A DNA stretch of 64,000 nucleotides, from positions 5,236 to 69,235 of the forward strand of contig JBHLNW010000009.1 of the NCBI GenBank assembly GCA_048941185.1, read 5' to 3'. The notes below the pieces were generated by a model, which was not told the DNA's origin, did no database searches, and saw only the letters and a program-made list of their open reading frames with translations. The number at the start of each line of letters is the position of its first letter. Position 1 is the stretch's first letter. This document shows positions 46,866 to 55,803 of this stretch, piece by piece. Origin of the DNA: Promethearchaeota archaeon (GTDB taxonomy: Archaea; Asgardarchaeota; Lokiarchaeia; Sigyniarchaeales; SOKP01). Both the position numbers and the translations under genes were made by a program.

Positions 46866-47789
46866 TTGAGTTTAGAGTTTTATCAAGTAATAACATTAAT
46901 ATTAATCGGAGCGCTTGTAGGAATAAGTATTAGTTTTGTAGGTCAAACAGGTCAAGGTGTTGTTCTTCCAATTATACTTCTATTGACCGGAGATGCTTTT
47001 CTAGCGATTGCGATAAATTTGTTAAATGATTTAATAACGTCAGCTATTGTTAGCATTGGATATATAAGAAAAGGAGAGTTTAAAATCAGGAAAGATACTT
47101 TAATAATTATAATCGTAGCTATATCAATTTCACTTTTAGGTGTTTTGATATTATTAACCACACCAATAGGAAATATTTATGGATGGTTTATACCACTATT
47201 TATTACAATTTTAGGGATCATTTTTCTTTATCGAGGATTTCCTACAAAAGAAACATTAAAAAGAACTGCTTATAAATTATCTAAAAAATTTGTAAAAAAA
47301 GATAATAAAACGGAAACTTTTAGAGAAAATAGTATTCAACCTGATGAAATATTTGCAAATAGAGAAGAGGATATTCAAGGATTTATACCTATTGGATCAC
47401 AGCTTTTCTATATTTTAGCACTTATTTTTGGAATTTTTATTGGAATTAATTCTGGTTTATTTGGAGCAAATTCAGGATTTATATTTGTACTTGCTTTGGT
47501 TCTAATTTATGGATATCCAATTAAAAAAGGTGTTGGGACGGCTTTAATTTTAAGCATTGTTATGTGTCTAGGAACATTCCTAATTTACCAAATATTAGGA
47601 ATTATTATTAAAGGTCAATTCTTTTTTGATTTAGAAATTTCAATTTACTTGGCAATAGGTTCAATTGTAACAGGAATAATAGCATCTATGTTTGTACAAA
47701 GATTATCGGCAAAAACTATGGGAAGAGGAGTAGGGTTTGTTATTTTTATATTAGGTATAATTTCTTTAATATTTTATTTTATCTCTTGA
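46866..47789 (+). CDS. TauE/SafE-like anion exporter family membrane protein
   Basis: Two-fold repeated TM bundles with Gly-rich helices (FVGQTGQGVVLPIILL; INSGLFGANSGFIFVLAL) separated by a hydrophilic loop; TTG start. Confidence 0.5.
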   Translation: MSLEFYQVITLILIGALVGISISFVGQTGQGVVLPIILLLTGDAFLAIAINLLNDLITSAIVSIGYIRKGEFKIRKDTLIIIIVAISISLLGVLILLTTPIGNIYGWFIPLFITILGIIFLYRGFPTKETLKRTAYKLSKKFVKKDNKTETFRENSIQPDEIFANREEDIQGFIPIGSQLFYILALIFGIFIGINSGLFGANSGFIFVLALVLIYGYPIKKGVGTALILSIVMCLGTFLIYQILGIIIKGQFFFDLEISIYLAIGSIVTGIIASMFVQRLSAKTMGRGVGFVIFILGIISLIFYFIS

Positions 47790-47841
47790 ATCTGCTTTTT
47801 GTATTAGACTTTAATAAAGGGTAATATTATAAGAATTTAAT

Positions 47842-48948
47842 ATGGAAAAATTAAAAGTAGGGATTATAGGAACAGGTGTTATATTTAATCTAAACATATT
47901 AGGTTATTTAAATCGACAGGATGTGGAAATTACTTGCTTATGCAATAGAACTGTTGAAAAAGCAAGGCAGAAAATTAAACAATTTAACTTAAAAAAAAAT
48001 CTGCCAATCTACTCTGATTATAAGGAGATGATTGAGAAAGAGAGTTTAGATCTTATAGAGATCCTTTTACCGCATTACCTACATGCAGACGCAACTATTT
48101 ATGCTGCTCGGAAAGGAATAAAAGGAATTTCTGTTCAAAAACCAATGGCACTAACTTTAGAACAAGCAGATAAAATGATTGAGGCATGTGAGAAATCTGG
48201 TTCAATATTATCAATTTATGAAAATTTTGTGTTTGCACCACATATAATGAAAGCAAAAGAATTATTAGATAGTGATTACATTGGTGATCCTTCATCAATT
48301 CGAATTAAGACTGCTATAGGTCTTAAAGGTGGTTGGAAAATCCCGGAAAGCGCGGAATTATGGAGAAAAGACCCTAAAAAAATCGGTGGCGCAGATCAAG
48401 GCTCGCCAATTCTATTCGATAATGGATGGCACGCTTTTTCTTTAGCCTATTGGTTCTTCAATGAAGAAATTGAAAAAGTTTTTGCTTGGACAGATAATTA
48501 TCAAGGCTTAGATGCCCCTGCTTATGTAATGTTTAAATATAAGCAAAGTAAAGAACATCTGGTCCCCCAATATGGCAATATGGAATTTTCATTAATGCCA
48601 GAAATGGACTTCTCAGATTCAAAATATTATCCCGTTGATGAATTCATTGAAATAATTGCTAGTCGAGGAATTATGAAGATAAATCAAGGTACTTCGATAG
48701 GAAATAAGCTTTCAGATTCTAGAATTTTCCCTCCTATCGCTATTATACGAGATGGGGAAGTAGAAAAATACACAGATTTCGAAAAAGATTGGAAATATAG
48801 TTTTATTAACTCAACAAATTATTTTATTGATGCTGTAAGAAATAATAAGCAACCATTACTCTCTGGTGAACAAGCAAGATCAATATTAAAATTTAATTTA
48901 GCTGCAATAAAGTCTGTAGAACAAGGTAAAGAAATCTCTCTTGATTAA
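47842..48948 (+). CDS. Gfo/Idh/MocA family oxidoreductase
   Basis: N-terminal Rossmann KVGIIGTGVIF, the EKPMA-type motif variant in GISVQKPMALT, and a C-terminal alpha/beta domain. Confidence 0.8.
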   Translation: MEKLKVGIIGTGVIFNLNILGYLNRQDVEITCLCNRTVEKARQKIKQFNLKKNLPIYSDYKEMIEKESLDLIEILLPHYLHADATIYAARKGIKGISVQKPMALTLEQADKMIEACEKSGSILSIYENFVFAPHIMKAKELLDSDYIGDPSSIRIKTAIGLKGGWKIPESAELWRKDPKKIGGADQGSPILFDNGWHAFSLAYWFFNEEIEKVFAWTDNYQGLDAPAYVMFKYKQSKEHLVPQYGNMEFSLMPEMDFSDSKYYPVDEFIEIIASRGIMKINQGTSIGNKLSDSRIFPPIAIIRDGEVEKYTDFEKDWKYSFINSTNYFIDAVRNNKQPLLSGEQARSILKFNLAAIKSVEQGKEISLD

Positions 48949-48958
48949 TTCACTCATT

Positions 48959-50218
48959 CTATAATATATCTTTATCATACTTGAATACTTTATGCTTTAA
49001 ACCTCCCTCTACTCCTTTCTTAAAATCAGTCCTTTTATCCCTTAAAAATTTTCTAAATATAACTCCGTTAACATCCGTTGGTTCCTCCACAATACAGGAT
49101 TGATCTTTCTCGCTTTCAACAGATATTTCCTCCCAAACAACAGTTCGTTTTTGTTGATGAGAAATATATGGCAGTTTAGCAAATATACATAAGTTTCTAC
49201 CTTGTTCACCCGTATATATAGGTTCTCCTCCATTTTTTATAACATCTATAAAATGTTCAGTTGAATTAATAAAAGAATATCTCCAATCTCGAGGTAAATT
49301 TTCCCCGTAAGTTTTATTTTCCTCTTCATTATATACTACAATTGGTGGGAATTGAGGACTTTTAGAAAGAAAATTGCCTCCAGAAGTGCATTGGTTTATC
49401 CACATTATACCTTTTTCTCCTGAAATTTCTATAAATTCATCACAATCATAATAATTACTTGGGTAATAAAGATTTGGAGCAAGAGTAAATTGCATAGAAC
49501 CATATTTAGGAGGTTCATTTAGACTCTTCTTTGGATATTTCCAAAAAATGGTACTTGGAGAGTCTTGCACAGTAGAAAAGAAATCAATCCAGCTATATAC
49601 ACTAGAAACCCTTTCTTCACCCATTAACCATAATGCCATAGAAAATTTATGAATTCCATCATCATAGATCCATAAACCCCCTCCGCATAGGTCCGTTTTA
49701 CGACGCCATATAAGCGTTTTAAGATCTCTAGGCATACTAGGACCTCCAGTTCCTATAGTGTTTATTCTAAAATTTAAAGGGTTTCCTATTATACCTTGTT
49801 TTAGTAATTCTTTTGCTTTTAAATATATAGGGTAAAATCTGAAGTTCTCGTAAAGTTTCAATTTAACGCTTTCTTCTTTACAAATTTGAACCATTTTTTC
49901 ACAATCAGTAATAGTGTGGGCTAGTGGTTTTTGTACTGAAATACCTGAGACTCCCGCTTTGGCGGAATATTCTGTCATTGGTGCGTGAAGATGGTGTGGA
50001 GTTAAAATTTCTACGATATCTAAATCCTCATGGTCAATCATTTTACGATAATCCTTATATACTTTTATTGTTCTTAATCCCCATCGCTCAATTTTTTCAG
50101 CAGCAGCTTTAGTATTTATATCTACTACAGCAATAAGTTCGGTATCCTGTGAATGGAGATATCCTAAAACATTCAAATTTGCAATATCGCCACATCCAAT
50201 TAATCCAACTCTAAGCAT
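48959..50218 (-). CDS. Gfo/Idh/MocA family oxidoreductase (paralogue, with C-terminal extension)
   Basis: LRVGLIGCGDIAN and GISVQKPLAHT. Collinear similarity to the neighbouring convergent gene (e.g. DEFIEISGEKGIMWINQ vs DEFIEIIASRGIMKINQ). Confidence 0.8.
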   Translation of the reverse strand: MLRVGLIGCGDIANLNVLGYLHSQDTELIAVVDINTKAAAEKIERWGLRTIKVYKDYRKMIDHEDLDIVEILTPHHLHAPMTEYSAKAGVSGISVQKPLAHTITDCEKMVQICKEESVKLKLYENFRFYPIYLKAKELLKQGIIGNPLNFRINTIGTGGPSMPRDLKTLIWRRKTDLCGGGLWIYDDGIHKFSMALWLMGEERVSSVYSWIDFFSTVQDSPSTIFWKYPKKSLNEPPKYGSMQFTLAPNLYYPSNYYDCDEFIEISGEKGIMWINQCTSGGNFLSKSPQFPPIVVYNEEENKTYGENLPRDWRYSFINSTEHFIDVIKNGGEPIYTGEQGRNLCIFAKLPYISHQQKRTVVWEEISVESEKDQSCIVEEPTDVNGVIFRKFLRDKRTDFKKGVEGGLKHKVFKYDKDIL

Positions 50219-50492
50219 ATTTCTAAAATTAACAAGTAATATTTAATATTCTTTTAAGTTGACTCAAAATTATAAATCTTTATAATATTTTATACTTAAT
50301 TTTGAAGAATTCAATCTTAATAGTTTTAATTTTAGGAGCTTCAATTAAATTTTTTAAAAAGGGCAAAAATTACTAACTTATTCATAAAAAAATGTAAAGA
50401 GTTATAAGAATAAACTTTTTAATAATTATTTTACTAAAAATCATGGTTTTTATAGTTAGACAAGTAGAAATATATTTTCAAAAATTATTAAG

Positions 50493-51701
50493 ATGGATCC
50501 TTTTTCATTATTAATAAAACCTGCTTCAGCAGATTGTAACCTGAGATGCGATTACTGTTTTTACATTGATCATTTAGAAAAAGTTGAGAAGAAGCCTCGA
50601 ATGTCAGATAAAGTGTTAGAAAATACGATATCAAGCTATATGCAAACAAAACAAAACAACAGATTTAACTTTGGATGGCAGGGAGGAGAACCAACGTTGA
50701 TGGGACTGAAGTTTTGGGAAAAAGTAATAAATTTTCAGAAACAATACGCTCCTAAAGGGGCAATTATTAGTAATGGACTTCAAACCAATGGAACTCTGAT
50801 TTCTTCCGATTTAGCGAAATTTTTTGCTGAGTATAAGTTTCTTCTTGGCGTCAGCCTTGATGGCCCTTCTTATGTCCATAACTACTATAGGAAAACAATT
50901 AGTCAAAAACCGACTCATAACTTAGTAATGCGTGGGATAGAAATTCTTAGAAATTATAATATTGAGTTCAATATTCTAATTTTAGTTAATAATGAAAATG
51001 TAAGAAAAGCTAGTGAGATATACAATTACCTGCGAAACGAAGGTTTTAATTATCATCAATACATTCCATGTGTAGAATTTGAGAGAAATAATGATATGAA
51101 ATCATTTTCAATAGACGGAGAAGAATGGGGAGATTTTCTATGTGAATTATTTGACCAATGGATAAAAGAAGATATAAATAGAATATCTATACGTCTTTTT
51201 GATTCAATTTTGGAATATTTAGTCTATGGAAGGTATAATGTATGCCATATGGGAAAAAATTGTTGCCAATATTTTGTTATTGAATATGATGGAAGTATCT
51301 ACCCATGTGATTTCTTTGTACGGGAGGATCTATTATTAGGAAATGTCCTTGAAAACAAATGGGAAGATATCTTAAATTCACCAATTTATCAAAAATTTGG
51401 TCAAAATAAATCTAGATGGCATGAAAATTGTAAAAGCTGTTCATTCATCAATTTATGTCATGGAGATTGCCAGAAGTTTCGTATTGAAAACCCTCAAGGT
51501 TTAAAAATTAAGAGTGTTTTATGTAAGGGTTGGAAAAAATTTTATACATATGCTTTACCTCGGTTAAAATTAATTGCAGATAAACTTAAAAATGGAAATA
51601 AAATAGTTTCCTTAGCCCAAATAAAAACAAAAAAAATTGGACGTAATTCTTTATGTCCGTGTGGGAGTGGAAAGAAGTATAAAAATTGTTGCATGATTTA
51701 A
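50493..51701 (+). CDS. anaerobic sulfatase-maturase-like radical SAM/SPASM protein with a C-terminal SEC-C motif
   Basis: LIKPASADCNLRCDYCFY (CxxxCxxC), Cys-rich SPASM region (CHMGKNCC...YPCDFF...CKSCSFINLCHGDC), and the terminal CPCGSGKKYKNCC. Confidence 0.7.
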   Translation: MDPFSLLIKPASADCNLRCDYCFYIDHLEKVEKKPRMSDKVLENTISSYMQTKQNNRFNFGWQGGEPTLMGLKFWEKVINFQKQYAPKGAIISNGLQTNGTLISSDLAKFFAEYKFLLGVSLDGPSYVHNYYRKTISQKPTHNLVMRGIEILRNYNIEFNILILVNNENVRKASEIYNYLRNEGFNYHQYIPCVEFERNNDMKSFSIDGEEWGDFLCELFDQWIKEDINRISIRLFDSILEYLVYGRYNVCHMGKNCCQYFVIEYDGSIYPCDFFVREDLLLGNVLENKWEDILNSPIYQKFGQNKSRWHENCKSCSFINLCHGDCQKFRIENPQGLKIKSVLCKGWKKFYTYALPRLKLIADKLKNGNKIVSLAQIKTKKIGRNSLCPCGSGKKYKNCCMI

Positions 51702-51876
51702 TCAAGTGTGTTTCATGCTTTATTTTTTAAAAAGTATAGTATTAAAAGCTCTATAATAAAATACAGTAATTATAAGAATATTCATATTCTTATTTGTAAT
51801 AAAATCTTAGGTGTTAATAAAGTCTTTAAAGTAAGAATACTTTTTTGCTTTATTAATTAATCGAATTGATACTAAA

Positions 51877-52626
51877 ATGGTTAATATATTCACTGACCTT
51901 GGAATTGTCGGTATTGCATACTTTTATGTTCTTTTAACGATATTCATCCCAGTGATTTTATACAAAAAAGAGAAAATTAACAAGTTTGCTGCTCGAAAAG
52001 CCATTCATATGTTTGCTGGTTTAGCGATTTTAACATCACCGTTTTATTTTTGGCCATTTTGGCCAACAATTATAGCAGGTACTTTAACTGTGTTTGTGTA
52101 TTTTAGTTCAAAAAAATCAAAGGTAAAGCAATTAAAAGATTTATATAATGCAATTTCTGAAGAACAAGAAGAAAGCTTAAAACGAGCTTTTCTTCAAGGG
52201 CCATTCTTTTATTGCCTTTCAATTACATCCTTAGTTTTTATTTTTGGAGTGTTTGCTCCTAAGCAGTTTTATTTTCCAATAGCTGGAATTTTATTAATGA
52301 TAGTTGCCGATACATTAGCTTCAGTGATAGGAAAGCGTTGGGGAAAGATAGGTATAAGTTTACCTTGGACAAATTCAAAAAGAACATTAGAGGGCTCGTT
52401 ATGTTTTTTTATAACAGCTTTTTTTCTTTGTTTTCTCTCATTTTTCTTATTTGGACTGTTAATTCCCACGTTTCAAGATCCATTGCCAATCCCGACTATT
52501 TTAATATATTCTTTAATTACAAGTGCAATCGCAGCAGTGATAGAGCTAATTTCACCTAGCACGTACGATGATTTGACAGTTCCCTTAGGCAGTACATTAA
52601 TAATATATCTTCTTACTTTACTTTAA
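51877..52626 (+). CDS. polyprenol (dolichol/phytol) kinase family membrane protein
   Basis: RKAIHMFAGL, VIGKRWGKIGISLPWTNSKRTLEGSLCFFI and C-terminal YDDLTVPL resemble the CTP-dependent dolichol/phytol kinase family; 7-8 TM. Confidence 0.55.
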   Translation: MVNIFTDLGIVGIAYFYVLLTIFIPVILYKKEKINKFAARKAIHMFAGLAILTSPFYFWPFWPTIIAGTLTVFVYFSSKKSKVKQLKDLYNAISEEQEESLKRAFLQGPFFYCLSITSLVFIFGVFAPKQFYFPIAGILLMIVADTLASVIGKRWGKIGISLPWTNSKRTLEGSLCFFITAFFLCFLSFFLFGLLIPTFQDPLPIPTILIYSLITSAIAAVIELISPSTYDDLTVPLGSTLIIYLLTLL

Positions 52627-52684
52627 CGTCAATCTATCATTTATTTTATCTCAATAAGTAATTAAAATTATAAAATAACTTATC

Positions 52685-54079
52685 ATGGAAAAAATACAAA
52701 AATCCTTTGATGTAATAGTAGCTGGTGCTGGTACAGGTGGTACAACTGCTGCGAGATTTGCTGCTAAAAAGGGTTTAAAAGTCTGTTTAATTGATGGAAA
52801 GCAGAGAGCGTATATTGGAGATAAAATATGTGGTGATGCCGTAGGAAACGAAATATTTGATCTTTTAAAGATAAATCATCCAAAAAATAAAGAACTCTCA
52901 TGTCATATAAAAGGAGCAAAGCTATACTCACCAAATCTTAAGAAATGTATTTCTTTAATAGATCCAAAACAAGCGGGGTATATTGTAAATAGATTAGAAT
53001 TTGGACAGAGATTATTAAATGAAGCTCTCGATGCAGGTGTAGATCAATTCTTAGACAAAACTATGGCTTTAGATTTATTGTATAAAAATGGAACTGTAAA
53101 TGGGTTGCGAATTAAATTAAGTAATGGGGAAAAAATCAATCTAAATGCAAAAATTGTAATTGATGCCACAGGTTTTTATTCCCCCCTAAGAAAAAATGTA
53201 AAAAGCTCTTTAGTTGAAAAACAAATCTTAAAGGAAGATAGCATATTGTGTTATCGTGAGATTGTAAATTTTACAGCAAAGGATCAAGAAGTTCAAGATC
53301 CTGAATATATTACAATAATTCTTGATCAGGAAAAAGCACCAGGAGGATATATTTGGTATTTTCCTAAAAATGAGTTTTCTATCAACATCGGAATTGGAAC
53401 ATTTATGGAATATAGAGGTAAAGTTAAAGAACTCTACAAAAAAAATGTGTTTCAAGAGTATATTAAATCACGTAATATCAAAATTATATCTTCAGGTGGG
53501 GGTGTCGTTCCCGTTAGAAGACCATTGTGGTCGTGTGCTGACAATGGCTTTATGCTCGTAGGAGATGCAGCATGCCAAGTTAATCCTCTTCATGGTGGTG
53601 GAATAGATCCTTCTATGAGGGCAGGATATCACGCAGCAAGTTCGGCGATTAATGCTATAGAAAGTGGTAACAATTCGATAAGTGAATTATGGGATTATAA
53701 TTATAAAATAATGACAAGTTTTGGGGCAGAATTTGCCTCATTAGATTTATTAAGAATTGTACTTCAATCTCTTTCTAATGATGATTTAAATTTTGGTTTA
53801 GAACGTGATTTATTAAATGGTGCCGAAATTTTAGAAATATCCTCCACCGGCAGTTTAAATTTATCCTTAGTTGATATGGCAGTAAAAGCTTTTAAAGGAA
53901 TATCTCGTCCTAACCTGTTATTAGATTTAAACTTCCTGAGAATAAAAATGAAAGAGATGTCTAAATTTTATAGAAGTTTTCCGGATAAATTGGAATATTT
54001 TTATGAATGGAAAGAAAATGTTATTGAAATCTATGATAAAATTAAAAAAATGATTGTAAATAAGAAAAAAAGTAAATAG
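52685..54079 (+). CDS. geranylgeranyl reductase family flavoprotein (digeranylgeranylglycerophospholipid reductase-like)
   Basis: FAD fold DVIVAGAGTGGTTAARFAA, CGDAV, IDATG, LVGDAACQVNPLHGGGI; 464 aa. Confidence 0.8.
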   Translation: MEKIQKSFDVIVAGAGTGGTTAARFAAKKGLKVCLIDGKQRAYIGDKICGDAVGNEIFDLLKINHPKNKELSCHIKGAKLYSPNLKKCISLIDPKQAGYIVNRLEFGQRLLNEALDAGVDQFLDKTMALDLLYKNGTVNGLRIKLSNGEKINLNAKIVIDATGFYSPLRKNVKSSLVEKQILKEDSILCYREIVNFTAKDQEVQDPEYITIILDQEKAPGGYIWYFPKNEFSINIGIGTFMEYRGKVKELYKKNVFQEYIKSRNIKIISSGGGVVPVRRPLWSCADNGFMLVGDAACQVNPLHGGGIDPSMRAGYHAASSAINAIESGNNSISELWDYNYKIMTSFGAEFASLDLLRIVLQSLSNDDLNFGLERDLLNGAEILEISSTGSLNLSLVDMAVKAFKGISRPNLLLDLNFLRIKMKEMSKFYRSFPDKLEYFYEWKENVIEIYDKIKKMIVNKKKSK

Positions 54080-54089
54080 ACATAAAAAT

Positions 54090-54917
54090 GTGAAACAAAT
54101 GGTTGATATTGTTATTGATGAATATATTGAAAGAAGTACATATGAATACATAATTAAAAAAATCAACAATGAGGGTGCTTTGCATTTCTCTTTAATAGAT
54201 CCAGATCCAATAAGACAAAGTCCAAGTAAAGCTGCAAAGATGGCAAAATACGCTGAAGACGCTGGAAGTGATGGGATCTTAATTGGAGGTAGCACTGTGT
54301 TTGATCAAAATTTTGTTGATAAAACAATTCAAGCAATAAAAAGTAAGGTAAAAGTACCTATAATTATTTTTCCTGGAGGTATTAGTAATATATCTCAATA
54401 TGCTGATGCCATTTTATTCATGTCATTGTTGAACTCATATGATCCTTATTTTATTATAGGGCAGCAAGCTCTTGCTTCCTATACTATCAAATCTTATAAT
54501 TTAGAATATATCTCAATGGCCTATTTAATAGTAGAACCTGGTGCAACAGCAGGTTGGATTGGAAAAGCAAATTTATTACCTAGAAAAAAACCTAAATTAA
54601 CCACTGCTTACGCTTTAGCCGCTGAAATGATGGGATTTAAACTTCTTTATTTAGAAGCAGGTTCTGGCAGTAAAAAGATTCCATTCGAACATGTCAAAAC
54701 ATGTTCTTCAGTAATTAATATTCCAATAATTATTGGAGGGGGTGTAGAGAATAAAGAGGATGCCAGAGCTTTTGTCGAAGCAGGAGCTGATATTGTAGTA
54801 ATGGGCACTTTTATAGAAAATAATGTATTAAAGGATAATGGAGACTCATTAAAAGTTATAATTGATGAGATTAAGAATACTGGTAAGACTCAGAAAAAGA
54901 ATTATTCAATAAAATAA
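54090..54917 (+). CDS. geranylgeranylglyceryl phosphate synthase (PcrB/GGGPS family)
   Basis: HFSLIDPD, ILIGGST, LLYLEAGSG and IIIGGGV blocks of the GGGPS TIM barrel. ATG at 54099 is an alternative start. Confidence 0.8.
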   Translation: MKQMVDIVIDEYIERSTYEYIIKKINNEGALHFSLIDPDPIRQSPSKAAKMAKYAEDAGSDGILIGGSTVFDQNFVDKTIQAIKSKVKVPIIIFPGGISNISQYADAILFMSLLNSYDPYFIIGQQALASYTIKSYNLEYISMAYLIVEPGATAGWIGKANLLPRKKPKLTTAYALAAEMMGFKLLYLEAGSGSKKIPFEHVKTCSSVINIPIIIGGGVENKEDARAFVEAGADIVVMGTFIENNVLKDNGDSLKVIIDEIKNTGKTQKKNYSIK

Positions 54918-54930
54918 ATTTAGAATTATC

Positions 54931-55803
54931 ATGAAATTTAAAGACATTTTCGAAATTCTTCGTCCGATTAATGATATTATGGGAAGTTTAACAGTGATAA
55001 TAGGTATTTTAAATACTAAAACGGGTATTGATCCAATTATCCTAATTATGAATATAATTTTAGGTGTTATAACATACTTCTTTATAGCAGGTTCTGGAAT
55101 GGTTATAAACGATTATTATGATATAGAAATTGATAAAATAAATCGCCCTGAAAGACCTATACCTCGAGGATCCATATCATTAAAACAGGCTAAAATTTTA
55201 TGGATCACAACTGTGTTGATTGGGATCATAATCGCAATACTTCATAGCATATTATTTAATATTGGATATCTAAATGTTATTTTAGCAGTATTTTTTGCTT
55301 TTATGGGATGGTTATATGCGGCTTGGGGTAAAAAAAGTGGATTTATTGGAAATATTATTGTTAGTATTTCCTTTTCAATTGGTCTTGTTTATGGAGCTGT
55401 TTTGAACAATTCGATTGTCCCTCCATATATATATTTCTTCTTTTTTACGTCATTTTTTCTTTTACTTTCTCGAGAAGTCATTAAAGGTTGTGAAGATATT
55501 GAAGGAGATAAAAATGAAGGTGTTAAAACATTAGCAATCAGGATTGGGATTAAAAAAGCAACAATTTTTTCAATTATATTTGGCCTTCTAGCAATAATTT
55601 TCTTCATATTACCATATTTCACTAATATCATAAATCATATTTTGTTTTTGTTTTCTATGATTTTTGGTTTAGCTGTAGCCTCATATACCATAATACTAAT
55701 GCTAAAGAGTAATTTAGAAAGAAAAGATTTTAAAAAAGTTAGCTTAATGCTAAAAATATCTATGTTTCTTGGATTAATTGCTTTCATCTTTGCTAGCATT
55801 TAG
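54931..55803 (+). CDS. UbiA-family prenyltransferase, digeranylgeranylglyceryl phosphate synthase-like
   Basis: NDYYDIEIDKINRPERPIPRG (first Asp-rich motif), a second motif region EDIEGDK, and 8-9 TM. It lies adjacent to GGGPS. Confidence 0.75.
   Translation: MKFKDIFEILRPINDIMGSLTVIIGILNTKTGIDPIILIMNIILGVITYFFIAGSGMVINDYYDIEIDKINRPERPIPRGSISLKQAKILWITTVLIGIIIAILHSILFNIGYLNVILAVFFAFMGWLYAAWGKKSGFIGNIIVSISFSIGLVYGAVLNNSIVPPYIYFFFFTSFFLLLSREVIKGCEDIEGDKNEGVKTLAIRIGIKKATIFSIIFGLLAIIFFILPYFTNIINHILFLFSMIFGLAVASYTIILMLKSNLERKDFKKVSLMLKISMFLGLIAFIFASI

Noticed and set aside
53927-54295. 122-aa minus-strand hydrophobic ORF spanning the GGR/GGGPS junction
   Set aside because: It overlaps two well-supported plus-strand genes. 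Its hydrophobicity comes from AT-rich antisense codons.
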